From contig JANOSY010000093.1 in the NCBI GenBank assembly GCA_031416075.1, positions 1 through 51,664 on the forward strand: a stretch of DNA of 51,664 nucleotides. The letters are read 5' to 3'. Shown in pieces: positions 1 through 9,074 of this stretch. Position numbers and translations under genes: made by a program. The DNA comes from Candidatus Tenderia sp. (GTDB taxonomy: Bacteria > Pseudomonadota > Gammaproteobacteria > Tenderiales > Tenderiaceae). The notes beneath the pieces were generated by a model. The model searched no databases, had not been told where the DNA came from, and was given only the letters and a program-made list of their open reading frames with translations. Position 1 is the first letter of the stretch, and each line of letters starts with the position of its first letter.

Positions 1-40
1 AACTTTTTTGGGGGTTCATCTTGTTGGGCTTTGTTCATCA

Positions 41-143
41 GGCTAACTCACCAATCAACCGGACCCACTCCAGCGGCGGACCTGCTCACTCCGTCTTTGC
101 TTCGTGCGCCGCTTCCGTGGTCCGGTTATCAGAAACGTTAGCC
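41..143 (+). mobile_element. attC: Integron attC recombination site (103 bp)
   Basis: Inverse core GGCTAAC (41-47) and core GTTAGCC (137-143) are exact complements. Inner arms ATCAACCGGACCCAC / GTGGTCCGGTTAT pair with extra-helical C bases. An upstream reading frame (2-46) ends at the TAA inside the inverse core, as is typical of cassettes. Confidence 0.9.
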
Positions 144-160
144 ACCATAGACCATAGACC

Positions 161-784
161 ATGGGCGAGACCTCAAAAGATGTACTTTCACTGCTGACCC
201 AGCTAATGCCGGGGTTCTTGACTGCATGGGTTGTGTATGGACTTACCACTTATACAAAACCAGTTCAATTTGAGCGAGCTGTCCAAGCATTGATATATAG
301 CTTCATGGTCAATGCACTGGTAGTAGTAATTGAGCCAATGTTATTATTTTCTGGACGGTTTGTACGGTTAGGTATCTGGGATCGTTCAGCAGAGTTAATT
401 ACTTCCGCAGTGGTTGCCATTGCTCTTGGTTTATTGCTATCGTTTTTCATGACGAATGACGCCTTTTTTAGTCGCGCACGACGTCTTCGTATTACGTCGA
501 GAACGCCGTATCCTTCAGAATGGTATGGCGCATTCGCGACTAAATCCCGATATGTTGTATTGCACCTTGAAGGGGCGCGCCGAATATCAGGCTATCCGAT
601 TGAGTGGCCTACAGAGCCGATATCAGGACACTTCCGGCTAACTAACGCTGCGTGGCTAGATGATAAAAACCAGGAAATACCTCTTGATGGAAACGACTCT
701 ATCCTGATCTCTGCGAAGCAAGTAGGAATGGTCGAATTCTTAAAAAATACTGAGGAGTTGAAAGATGCCACAGAAACAACCTAA
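161..784 (+). CDS. DUF6338-like membrane protein (about 3 TM helices plus soluble C-terminal domain)
   Basis: 207-aa ORF with N-terminal LMPGF motif, three hydrophobic segments and a beta-rich C-terminus. Family recognised from memory. Confidence 0.7.
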   Translation: MGETSKDVLSLLTQLMPGFLTAWVVYGLTTYTKPVQFERAVQALIYSFMVNALVVVIEPMLLFSGRFVRLGIWDRSAELITSAVVAIALGLLLSFFMTNDAFFSRARRLRITSRTPYPSEWYGAFATKSRYVVLHLEGARRISGYPIEWPTEPISGHFRLTNAAWLDDKNQEIPLDGNDSILISAKQVGMVEFLKNTEELKDATETT

Positions 785-899
785 CCTCCCACCTCCTCGG
801 ATCCAAAAACCAGACAATGTACGAGGCAATGTTAATCCCCCTACAACCGGGTCACGGCCTCCGCCTCCGCCACCTCCCCCGGCTAAAAAAAGCGGCTAA
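765..899 (+). CDS. Small proline-rich peptide, 44 aa (MPQKQPNLPPPRIQKPDNVRGNVNPPTTGSRPPPPPPPPAKKSG)
   Basis: GAGGAG RBS at 752-757, ATG at 765, stop TAA inside the attC inverse core. Below the ORF-track size cut-off. Confidence 0.7.
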   Translation: MPQKQPNLPPPRIQKPDNVRGNVNPPTTGSRPPPPPPPPAKKSG

Positions 900-948
900 C
901 CCGGCGCTCAAGGGGACGGCTGCGCCGCCCCTTAGCTTTGCGTTGGGC
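894..948 (+). mobile_element. attC: Integron attC recombination site (55 bp)
   Basis: GGCTAAC ... GCTCAAGGGG-ACGGC TGC GCCG-CCCCTTAGC ... GTTGGGC. The L boxes pair with an extra-helical C, giving a canonical short attC. Confidence 0.9.
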
Positions 949-1095
949 GGCTAAGTCATGCATAGGCTCGTTTAATGGCGTTCTCAGACCCCTCACCATC
1001 TGTGGGCTACTGTACCGAATTCGCGCGGGACAAAAAGTGCGCTCAAGCGGCTGTGATCGTGTAATCTCTACCTACTCAGGTCCAAGAGCGCCGAA

Positions 1096-1884
1096 ATGTC
1101 CACCAAGCCCCAGCCCCAGCAGAATCATCTTCTGGCAGCCTTGTCGCCTGAAGTTCAAGGCCGTTTGTTTCCGTACCTAGAGCTGGTGCCACTGCCGTTG
1201 CGCGCGCTCCTATATGAATCCCGGCGCCCCATGCGTCACGTTTACTTTCCCACCGACTCCATAGTCTCGCTGCAGTACGTGATGGAAAACGGGGCATCGA
1301 CCGCGATCTCCGTGGTGGGCAACGAGGGATTGCTAGGCATCACTTTGTTTCTGGGCGGCGAGACCACACCGAGCCGGTCGCTGGTACAGAGCGCCGGTTA
1401 CGCCTATCGACTTCCCCGACTGCGGGTGAAAGAGGAGTTTAATCGCCACGGCCAGTTGCTGATGCTGATGCTGCGCTACACGCAGGCCCTGATCACGCAA
1501 GTCTCTCAGACCGCCGTTTGCAACCGGCACCATTCGATCGACCAGCAGATCTGCCGCTGGCTCCTGCTTTCCATGGATCGACTGTCACATAACCACTTGA
1601 CGATGACACAGGAATTCATCGGCAACATGCTCGGCGTTCGCCGCGAGGGCGTCACCCAGGCCGCGTTAAAATTGCAGCAGCTAGGCGTGATTACATATTC
1701 GCGCGGATTGATCAAGGTGATTGACCGGCCGAAACTTGAAACTCTGAGTTGCGAGTGCTACAGCGTGGTCAAGAAGGAAACAGAACTGCTGCTTCATTAC
1801 CTGCCGCAGCGCCACGTGATTACGAATACCGACTCCATCCCCACTGTGACGCTTGGAACACCGGAGGCAGTGAGAAGTCTATAA
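1096..1884 (+). CDS. Crp/Fnr family transcriptional regulator
   Basis: cNMP-binding-like domain (VYFPTDSIVSL, VGNEG) and C-terminal HTH (MTQEFIGNMLGVRREGVT). Confidence 0.92.
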   Translation: MSTKPQPQQNHLLAALSPEVQGRLFPYLELVPLPLRALLYESRRPMRHVYFPTDSIVSLQYVMENGASTAISVVGNEGLLGITLFLGGETTPSRSLVQSAGYAYRLPRLRVKEEFNRHGQLLMLMLRYTQALITQVSQTAVCNRHHSIDQQICRWLLLSMDRLSHNHLTMTQEFIGNMLGVRREGVTQAALKLQQLGVITYSRGLIKVIDRPKLETLSCECYSVVKKETELLLHYLPQRHVITNTDSIPTVTLGTPEAVRSL

Positions 1885-1899
1885 AAAAGTGGCAGCATT

Positions 1900-2010
1900 G
1901 GGGACAGACCACGGTTTATTAATAAGTCCTGCTACTCTCCCTTATCCGTTCTCAACTCGCCGGAGCCCTCTATGCCACGCCGTGCCCACATTACGTTGCC
2001 GAATATCCCC
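1900..2010 (+). pseudogene. Remnant of a REP-associated tyrosine transposase (RAYT/Y1) 5' end
   Basis: GGGGACAGACCAC motif (1900-1912), GGAG RBS and ATG at 1972 encoding MPRRAHITLPNIP, which resembles RAYT N-termini; similarity ends at the amtB terminator. Confidence 0.45.
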
Positions 2011-2021
2011 TCCCCACAAAT

Positions 2022-2049
2022 AAAAAAGCGCCCGATTTTCACCGGACGC
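2022..2049 (-). terminator. Intrinsic terminator of glnK-amtB
   Basis: Minus strand GCGTCCG-GTGAAAAT-CGGGCGC followed by TTTTTT. Confidence 0.7.
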
Positions 2050-2080
2050 CAAGCACCTTACCTGGGAGGAGTGGTGTTTA

Positions 2081-3484
2081 TTACAGGTTGTAAGCGCGCT
2101 CGCCGTGGCTTGCGGTATCCAGACCTTCACGCTCCTGCTCATCGGTAACACGCAGACCGATGGTGACATCGATCAGTTTGAACAGTACCAGACTGACAAC
2201 ACCTGACCAGACGATGGTAAGCAATACACCTGTGGCCTGTGTCATCACCTGCCCCATCATTGAATAGTCATCAACGCCCACACCACCCAGTGCCGGGGAG
2301 ACAAAGATACCGGTACCGATTGCGCCTACAATGCCGCCGATGCCATGGATACCAAACACATCCAAGCTATCGTCGTAACCCAGCGCTCGTTTCAATCCGG
2401 TCACACTCCACAGGCAGACCACACCTGCTACTGCGCCCAGAGCGATGGCTCCCATCGGCCCCACCAAGCCCGCCGCCGGTGTAACAGCCACCAAGCCGGT
2501 TATCACACCTGAAGCCACCCCCAGCATTGATGGTTTGCCACGCAACAGCCACTCAGCCAACATCCAAGCCATGCCACCCGCCGCTGTCGCCAAAATAGTG
2601 TTCAGGAAGGCCAGTGCCGCGCCGCCTGTTGCTTCCAGATTGGAACCGGCATTAAAGCCGAACCAGCCTACCCACAGTAACGAGGCACCGATCATGGTCA
2701 TTGGCAGATTGTGTGGCGGCATGGCGTCACGGCCGTAACCGATACGCTTGCCAAGCACAATTGCCCCTACCAGCGCGGCAATACCGGCGTTGATATGCAC
2801 CACCGTACCACCGGCAAAGTCGAGGTCACCCGCTTCGAAGAGGTAACCACCTGCAGCCCAAACCATGTGTGTGATAGGCAGGTATGAGAAGGTGAACCAG
2901 AGGGCACCAAAGATCATCAGAGCAGAAAATTTTACCCGCTCAGCCAGTCCGCCCACAATCAGTGCCACGGTAATGGCAGCAAAGGTCAACTGGAAGGCAA
3001 CAAAGACCAGCTCAGGGAGCACTACGCCGTCAGTAAAGGTCGCTACCGTACTATCGGGGGTAATGCCTGCCAGGAACATTTTCGACAGATCGCCAATCGC
3101 CCAGTTAAGGCTGCCGCCGTCACCAAATGCCAACGAGTAGCCATATATAGCCCAGAGAATGGAAACCATGCAGAAGATAGCCATCACCTGTGTCAGTACC
3201 GAGAGCATGTTTTTGGCACGCACCAGGCCGCCGTAAAACAGCGCCACGCCGGGCACAATCATCAATACAACCAACAACGTTGAGACCATCATCCAGGCCG
3301 TATCACCCTTATTGGGTAACGGCGCAACGGCCTTGGCAACCGGTGTTTCAGCCGCTGGCATCTCAATCACAGTCGCCGCAACCTGCACACTCTCCACCAT
3401 CGTGGCCACATCCTCTTCCGCCAGACTCAATGGCGAAACCAACAGCAGCACACTCAGGGCTACCCAACTCAATAGTCTATTCAT
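2081..3484 (-). CDS. amtB: Ammonium transporter AmtB
   Basis: DFAGGTVVH, LLWVGWFGFNAGS and DDSLDVFGIHG motifs; downstream of glnK. Confidence 0.97.
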   Translation of the reverse strand: MNRLLSWVALSVLLLVSPLSLAEEDVATMVESVQVAATVIEMPAAETPVAKAVAPLPNKGDTAWMMVSTLLVVLMIVPGVALFYGGLVRAKNMLSVLTQVMAIFCMVSILWAIYGYSLAFGDGGSLNWAIGDLSKMFLAGITPDSTVATFTDGVVLPELVFVAFQLTFAAITVALIVGGLAERVKFSALMIFGALWFTFSYLPITHMVWAAGGYLFEAGDLDFAGGTVVHINAGIAALVGAIVLGKRIGYGRDAMPPHNLPMTMIGASLLWVGWFGFNAGSNLEATGGAALAFLNTILATAAGGMAWMLAEWLLRGKPSMLGVASGVITGLVAVTPAAGLVGPMGAIALGAVAGVVCLWSVTGLKRALGYDDSLDVFGIHGIGGIVGAIGTGIFVSPALGGVGVDDYSMMGQVMTQATGVLLTIVWSGVVSLVLFKLIDVTIGLRVTDEQEREGLDTASHGERAYNL

Positions 3485-3501
3485 CGTTCTACCTCTCCTG
3501 C

Positions 3502-3849
<348 letters not shown>

Positions 3850-3923
3850 CTAGACTCAAATCCAAACACAGAGGCCACCGGCCCCGCTCACCCATATCTA
3901 CAATCCATTTGTGCGTTTTACAG

Positions 3924-3939
3924 AGCACAACCTGTGCCA
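3924..3939 (-). promoter_or_regulatory. Sigma-54 (-24/-12) promoter of glnK-amtB
   Basis: Minus strand TGGCACAGGTTGTGCT (GG-N10-GC) about 85 bp upstream of glnK, with an AT-rich IHF-like tract just upstream. Confidence 0.75.
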
Positions 3940-4002
3940 ATGAATAAAAATGATATATTTCAATTATATAAACAATAAAGAACGCCACGCCCAGCCACTC
4001 TC

Positions 4003-4049
4003 GCACCAAAAAACAACAGCCATCCCTCACCGCGCACCAAAACAGACCA
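4003..4049. promoter_or_regulatory. Putative tandem NtrC binding sites
   Basis: GCACCAAAA half-sites at 4003 and 4034 (31 bp apart) upstream of the sigma-54 promoter. Confidence 0.5.
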
Positions 4050-4115
4050 TTCATCTCGCCCGGAAAAATCCAGTAAAAATAACGTACACTTGGCCAATAA
4101 AACCAAAGGAGAGAC

Positions 4116-4382
4116 GTGGTGATAGACCCAAAAATATTTGATGACCTGACCCGCAAACTGGCAGACGCCGTACCCCCTGGCATAAAAGGGCTGCAAAGCG
4201 ATCTGGAGCGTAACTTCCACGCCATTTTGCAGAGCACATTCAACAAACTGGAGCTGGTCACCCGTGAGGAGTTTGAGGTACAAACCGCGCTGCTGGCCCG
4301 GACCCGCGCCAAACTGGATGCGCTGGAAAAAGCAGTGGCGGCGCTGGAACAGAAAGGCCCACCCCGTACAACCGCTGAATAA
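4116..4382 (+). CDS. ubiK: Ubiquinone biosynthesis accessory factor UbiK (YqiC/BMFP)
   Basis: LELVTREEFEVQ...LARTRAKLDALE motif; conserved position between glnK and comM. Confidence 0.88.
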   Translation: MVIDPKIFDDLTRKLADAVPPGIKGLQSDLERNFHAILQSTFNKLELVTREEFEVQTALLARTRAKLDALEKAVAALEQKGPPRTTAE

Positions 4383-4384
4383 CC

Positions 4385-5899
4385 ATGTCGCTTGCCATCG
4401 TTTACAGCCGTGCCGGCACTGGCATCGACGCCCCACTGGTCACGGTGGAGGTGCATCTGGCCAACGGCCTGCCGGGTCTGGCCATCGTGGGGTTACCAGA
4501 AGCGGCGGTTAAAGAGAGCAAAGACCGTGTCCGTGGCGCACTGCTGAATAGTCGCTTCGAGTTCCCGGCACGACGCATCACCATCAACCTCGCCCCCGCC
4601 GACCTACCCAAAGAGGGGGGCCGTTTTGATCTGCCCATTGCCCTTGGCATCCTGGCCGCCTCTGGGCAGATCCCTAAAAACCTGCTGGAACAGTATGAAT
4701 TTGCTGGCGAGCTGGCACTCAGCGGGGCACTGCGGCCAATCCGCGCCGTGCTGCCCGCCGCCAGCCAGTGCCGCAACGCTGGGCGGGCACTGATACTGCC
4801 ACTGGAGAGCAGTGCCGAGGCAACCCTGGCGGGCGACATCATCGTGTTTGGTGCCGGCCACCTGCTCGAAGTATGTGCCCACCTCAACGGCACAGCGTTG
4901 CTCACCCCACAGCCGCCTATGGCCATCCCCAACCATCCCAATACCCATCTCAACATCAATGATGTGCGTGGCCAACACCACGCCAAACGGGCCCTGGAGA
5001 TTGCCGCCGCTGGCGGTCACTCACTATTGATGGTCGGCCCGCCCGGCACCGGTAAAACCATGCTTGCCAGCCGCCTGCCCACCATTCTGCCCACCATGAC
5101 CGAAGATGAAGCGCTGGAGAGTGCCGCCGTGCAGAGCATCAGCCAAAATGGCTTTGATCCGGCCAACTGGAAACAGCGCCCATTTCGCTCCCCCCACCAC
5201 ACCGCCTCCGGCGTGGCGCTGGTGGGCGGTGGCAGCACACCGCGCCCCGGTGAAATCTCCCTCGCCCACAATGGTGTGATGTTTCTCGATGAACTGCCGG
5301 AGTTTGATCGCCGAGTACTGGAGGTACTGCGCGAACCGCTGGAGTCCGGCAAGGTCACCATCTCCCGCGCCGCACGACAGGCCGAGTTCCCCGCCCGTTT
5401 CCAGCTCATCGCCGCCATGAACCCCTGCCCCTGCGGCTACCTGGGCGATGCCAACGGTCGCTGCAAATGCACCATCGAACAGGTACAGCGGTATCGTGGT
5501 CGCATCTCCGGGCCGATCCTCGACCGCATCGACATGCACATTGAGGTCCCACCCCTGGCAAAAGAGCAGCTCTACGGCGAACGGGACAAGCAAGCCGAAG
5601 GGAGCGCCACCGTCAGGCAGCGGGTTGAAGCCGCCAGGGCGTTACAGCAGCAACGTGCTGGCAAAGCCAACCACCAGCTCAACAGCCGTGAAGTAGAACA
5701 GTTTTGTCTGTTGGAAAAAAAGGATCAGGCACTGTTAGAACAAGCGATTGATCGACTCGGACTCTCCGCCCGCGCCGCCCACCGCATCCTGCGCGTGGCT
5801 CGCACCATCGCCGATCTCGGCAACAACGAACAGATCACCACAGCACATTTAAGCGAGGCGATTAGCTATCGCCGTCTTGATCGCACTCTGCGCTCATGA
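4385..5899 (+). CDS. comM: YifB/ComM Mg-chelatase-like AAA+ ATPase
   Basis: INLAPADLPKEGGRFDLPIA, Walker A GPPGTGKT, FRSPHHTAS and AMNPCPCG motifs. Confidence 0.93.
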   Translation: MSLAIVYSRAGTGIDAPLVTVEVHLANGLPGLAIVGLPEAAVKESKDRVRGALLNSRFEFPARRITINLAPADLPKEGGRFDLPIALGILAASGQIPKNLLEQYEFAGELALSGALRPIRAVLPAASQCRNAGRALILPLESSAEATLAGDIIVFGAGHLLEVCAHLNGTALLTPQPPMAIPNHPNTHLNINDVRGQHHAKRALEIAAAGGHSLLMVGPPGTGKTMLASRLPTILPTMTEDEALESAAVQSISQNGFDPANWKQRPFRSPHHTASGVALVGGGSTPRPGEISLAHNGVMFLDELPEFDRRVLEVLREPLESGKVTISRAARQAEFPARFQLIAAMNPCPCGYLGDANGRCKCTIEQVQRYRGRISGPILDRIDMHIEVPPLAKEQLYGERDKQAEGSATVRQRVEAARALQQQRAGKANHQLNSREVEQFCLLEKKDQALLEQAIDRLGLSARAAHRILRVARTIADLGNNEQITTAHLSEAISYRRLDRTLRS

Positions 5900-6206
5900 G
5901 ATCAACCCGCGTCAGATAAAACTCAAATATGTTAATTTTTTTACATTTATCACCCATCCCCAAATATACCCATCACATCAGGCTTCTACCCCTACCCATT
6001 ACAGGGTCTTTTCAATACGCTGCACTTATTGGCCGCTGGCGTGCGGCTTACCACACTGTTCAACACCCATTTACAAATCTAACTCACGTTACCCATTTTG
6101 TTAGTCAGGAGACTGTTCAAGTTAAATGCTTCCCTTTTGGCAGAGCAATCGTTACCCTTTTGCCGTATGTTGGGGATGTAAATATAAAAATATGAAGGCG
6201 ATAATA

Positions 6207-8465
6207 ATGACAGAGGCTCCACAGAATGGCCTAAAGGGGATTAAACATTGGCGTTACGACCTGCTCGCGGGGATGCAGGTTGCCTTGGTTTCTCTTCCAC
6301 TCTCCTTGGGTATCGCGATTGCATCGGGGGCTCCTCCGGTGACCGGTCTAATTTCTGCAATTATTGCAGGGTTAATCTTTCCGTTCCTGGGTGGCGCTTA
6401 TGTCACTATCAGTGGCCCTGCTGCAGGCTTAGCGCCTGCGTTATTGGCCGGTATGTTGATGCTGGGGGGAGGAGATTTAGCTGCGGGTTATCCGCTGTTA
6501 CTAGTTGCTATTTGTATCACCGGGCTAGTGCAGATTGTGCTCGCCTTTATGAATGCCGGCCGCTTTGCCATATTTTTACCCGTCACGGTGGTGGAGGCCA
6601 TGCTCGCCGCCATCGGTTTAATCATCATCATTAAACAGCTACCGCCATTAATGGGAGCGATGCTTCCAGCAGCCTCCAACATATTGGGGTCTGTCACAAA
6701 GTTACCGCAGGCGGCGATGCAAATGCATCCGGGGGTGTTTGTCATCGGCGCGATCAGTCTGTTTCTGATTTTTTATCTCAACAAATGTCGTCATAACTGG
6801 GCACGTAAAGTGCCGCCACCGTTAGTGGTGGCGATTCTCGGTATCGTTCTCGGATATGTCTTCAATCTTGATGCTAAATACCTCATTACCATGCCGGAAG
6901 ACTTGTTGAAAAATGGCATTACTATGCCGGCATTTGGCGAAGCTTTTAATCGTCCAGAGCTATGGTGGGGCATCTTGGTGGTTGTGATTACGTTAACATT
7001 GATTGACGGCGTGGAGTCGCTGGCGACGATTAAGGCGATTGATAAAATCGACCCCTTTCAACGTAAGTCTGACCCCAATATCACCTTGCGGGCCATGGGG
7101 GTATCGAACTCTCTTTCCAGCATTTTTGGTGGTTTGACGATTATTCCGGGGGGCATTAAGAGCAGTACCAATGTCGATGCGGGGGGGCGTACGCTGTGGG
7201 CAAACTTCTACAATGCGATGTTCTTGCTGCTGTTCCTGTTTGTCGCCAGCGACATTATCGCACGCATCCCGTTAGCGGCGATTGCTGCAATTCTCATCTA
7301 TGTAGGATGGAAGCTCTGCGAATACAAGGTCTTCACAAAAACCTACGCCATTGGCCGAGATCAGATTGTGATCTTTGTGACGACGGTTGTGGCGATACTC
7401 GCCACCGATTTACTGGCGGGTATTTTGATCGGCATCGCAGCCGAGATATTGATACTGCTCTATTTATTAACCCCATCACTACGTTTTGTTCTGAATGGAC
7501 GACTGACGGCACAACAGTCATGGGGACTGTTGTGGGCAAATTTTCGGAGTTTGTTTGGCTCGCCTATTATCAACATCAAAGAGCAACAACAAAATGGCCA
7601 TCCTCACTACGAAATTACGCTGTCATCGGTGGTCTGTTTTAATTTGCTGGCACTGGATAAGATTTTGGCTAATTTGCCGGAAAAACATGGCGTCACACTG
7701 ATCATTACTGAATCCGGTCGCATCATTGACCATACAGGCATGGAGTATCTGCACCAGTTCAAAGAGGAGTGTCTGCGTGATGGTCGTGCTTTTGAGTTGC
7801 AAGGATTGGAAAACTTTTTTCAGTTCACGCAGCACTCACTCTCTGCCCGTATGCAGGATGCCACTTTACTGAAAGAGCAGGCCAAACGCAGTCAGCGTGA
7901 AGAGGAGATGGCAGCACTGGCGGCACAATACCAGCTGGCCTTTAAACCAGATACAGTCAGCATCGTAAACGAACATGACTTCATCTACTTGCGCCGCGGT
8001 ACAGACAAACAAGAGTATCACGTGATGCATGGCAGTTTTCTCGGGGGTGAAGTTCGGCTGTTTGACTATAGCCATACCGCCGCACCGGCTTATTACAGCA
8101 ACCATTGGCACACCATTATCACGCTGGATGTGCCTAATGCTCAAAACAGCGTGGCAGATTTCGTAATTGTGCCTGGGCATTATCTGGAACGTTATTTAGT
8201 CGACTTTAAAGAGCAAAAGCTTGAAGCGGATAATTATGGTTTTGCCGAACACTATCGACTCTATGGTAAAAATGAACAGGCCAAGCCAACACTGAGCAAT
8301 GATATGAAGCAGTATTTCATGCAGCATCAAAGCCTCTACTTGGAAGTGCGTAATGGCGTGATGATGGCGTTTCTACAGGATAAGGAGCTAGCCACGGCTA
8401 AAGAGATAGCAATGTTGTTTGATTTGGCCCGGCGCTTCAAGGAGGAGTATTTACAGCAGGTTTAA
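6207..8465 (+). CDS. SulP/SLC26 anion (sulfate/bicarbonate) transporter with C-terminal extension
   Basis: DLLAG..VALVSLPLSLGIAIASG and ISGPAAGL SulP motifs, then a STAS-like segment (IIDHT). Start chosen at ATG 6207; 6192 is an alternative. Confidence 0.88.
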   Translation: MTEAPQNGLKGIKHWRYDLLAGMQVALVSLPLSLGIAIASGAPPVTGLISAIIAGLIFPFLGGAYVTISGPAAGLAPALLAGMLMLGGGDLAAGYPLLLVAICITGLVQIVLAFMNAGRFAIFLPVTVVEAMLAAIGLIIIIKQLPPLMGAMLPAASNILGSVTKLPQAAMQMHPGVFVIGAISLFLIFYLNKCRHNWARKVPPPLVVAILGIVLGYVFNLDAKYLITMPEDLLKNGITMPAFGEAFNRPELWWGILVVVITLTLIDGVESLATIKAIDKIDPFQRKSDPNITLRAMGVSNSLSSIFGGLTIIPGGIKSSTNVDAGGRTLWANFYNAMFLLLFLFVASDIIARIPLAAIAAILIYVGWKLCEYKVFTKTYAIGRDQIVIFVTTVVAILATDLLAGILIGIAAEILILLYLLTPSLRFVLNGRLTAQQSWGLLWANFRSLFGSPIINIKEQQQNGHPHYEITLSSVVCFNLLALDKILANLPEKHGVTLIITESGRIIDHTGMEYLHQFKEECLRDGRAFELQGLENFFQFTQHSLSARMQDATLLKEQAKRSQREEEMAALAAQYQLAFKPDTVSIVNEHDFIYLRRGTDKQEYHVMHGSFLGGEVRLFDYSHTAAPAYYSNHWHTIITLDVPNAQNSVADFVIVPGHYLERYLVDFKEQKLEADNYGFAEHYRLYGKNEQAKPTLSNDMKQYFMQHQSLYLEVRNGVMMAFLQDKELATAKEIAMLFDLARRFKEEYLQQV

Positions 8466-8496
8466 TCACCCATTAACCGTATTTAATTGATGCCGG

Positions 8497-8530
8497 AAAG
8501 GGTTTGGTAGTGATCACCAGACCCTTTTTT
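8497..8530 (+). terminator. Intrinsic terminator
   Basis: AAAGGGTTTGGT-AGTGATC-ACCAGACCCTTTTTT. Confidence 0.75.
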
Positions 8531-9074
8531 GTGGGGCACATAATTAATACCCGCGTCTTAGGTATCGCTGCAACATGGGGAAATCCAGGCACGGGGGCTA
8601 TAAACAGCATCTCCATCCCAAACCCAAACTCTCATTGACTCTACCTCGCCTTTCACAGGGGCTATCGTGAAACAGATACTGGACACGGTAAGTTCAGCAC
8701 TCTTTTTGTACACACGAGGCACATCACGCCACCACTCGTTACATCAAATACCAAGCATTATTTATATACTGGCATTCGTTTAGTTTACAGATCCATCCGT
8801 TCATTTCCGCTTGGGCACAGAAAACGTGCCCACCCTTTAAATACTTTATCTGGCCTCCTCTAAAGAAAGGGACACTCATGCCGCTAATCACGTCTGGATG
8901 TCATCTTGCTAGCCTTGGAATCCCTCTCTTACGCTATCGCTATTGGTCATGGTTTGATCATTGTGGCTGCCGTGCCTGAAAATTGAGAGGTGAACATTTC
9001 CGGAGAAGTCATGGCCATCTGATAGTAAAGGATAGTCACTATTGAATCGTTAAAATTTTTGGGGAAGTTCTATC

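Larger units (their letters stand above)
138..942 (+). mobile_element. Integron gene cassette carrying two ORFs
   Basis: Runs from the G/TT crossover of the first attC to that of the second. Its own inverse core GGCTAAC (894-900) complements the GTTAGCC at its start. Confidence 0.85.

Noticed and set aside
8531-9074. Possible sRNA or gene relic in the long intergenic region
   Set aside because: Only a degenerate REP half (8813-8836) is recognisable; nothing else can be supported.
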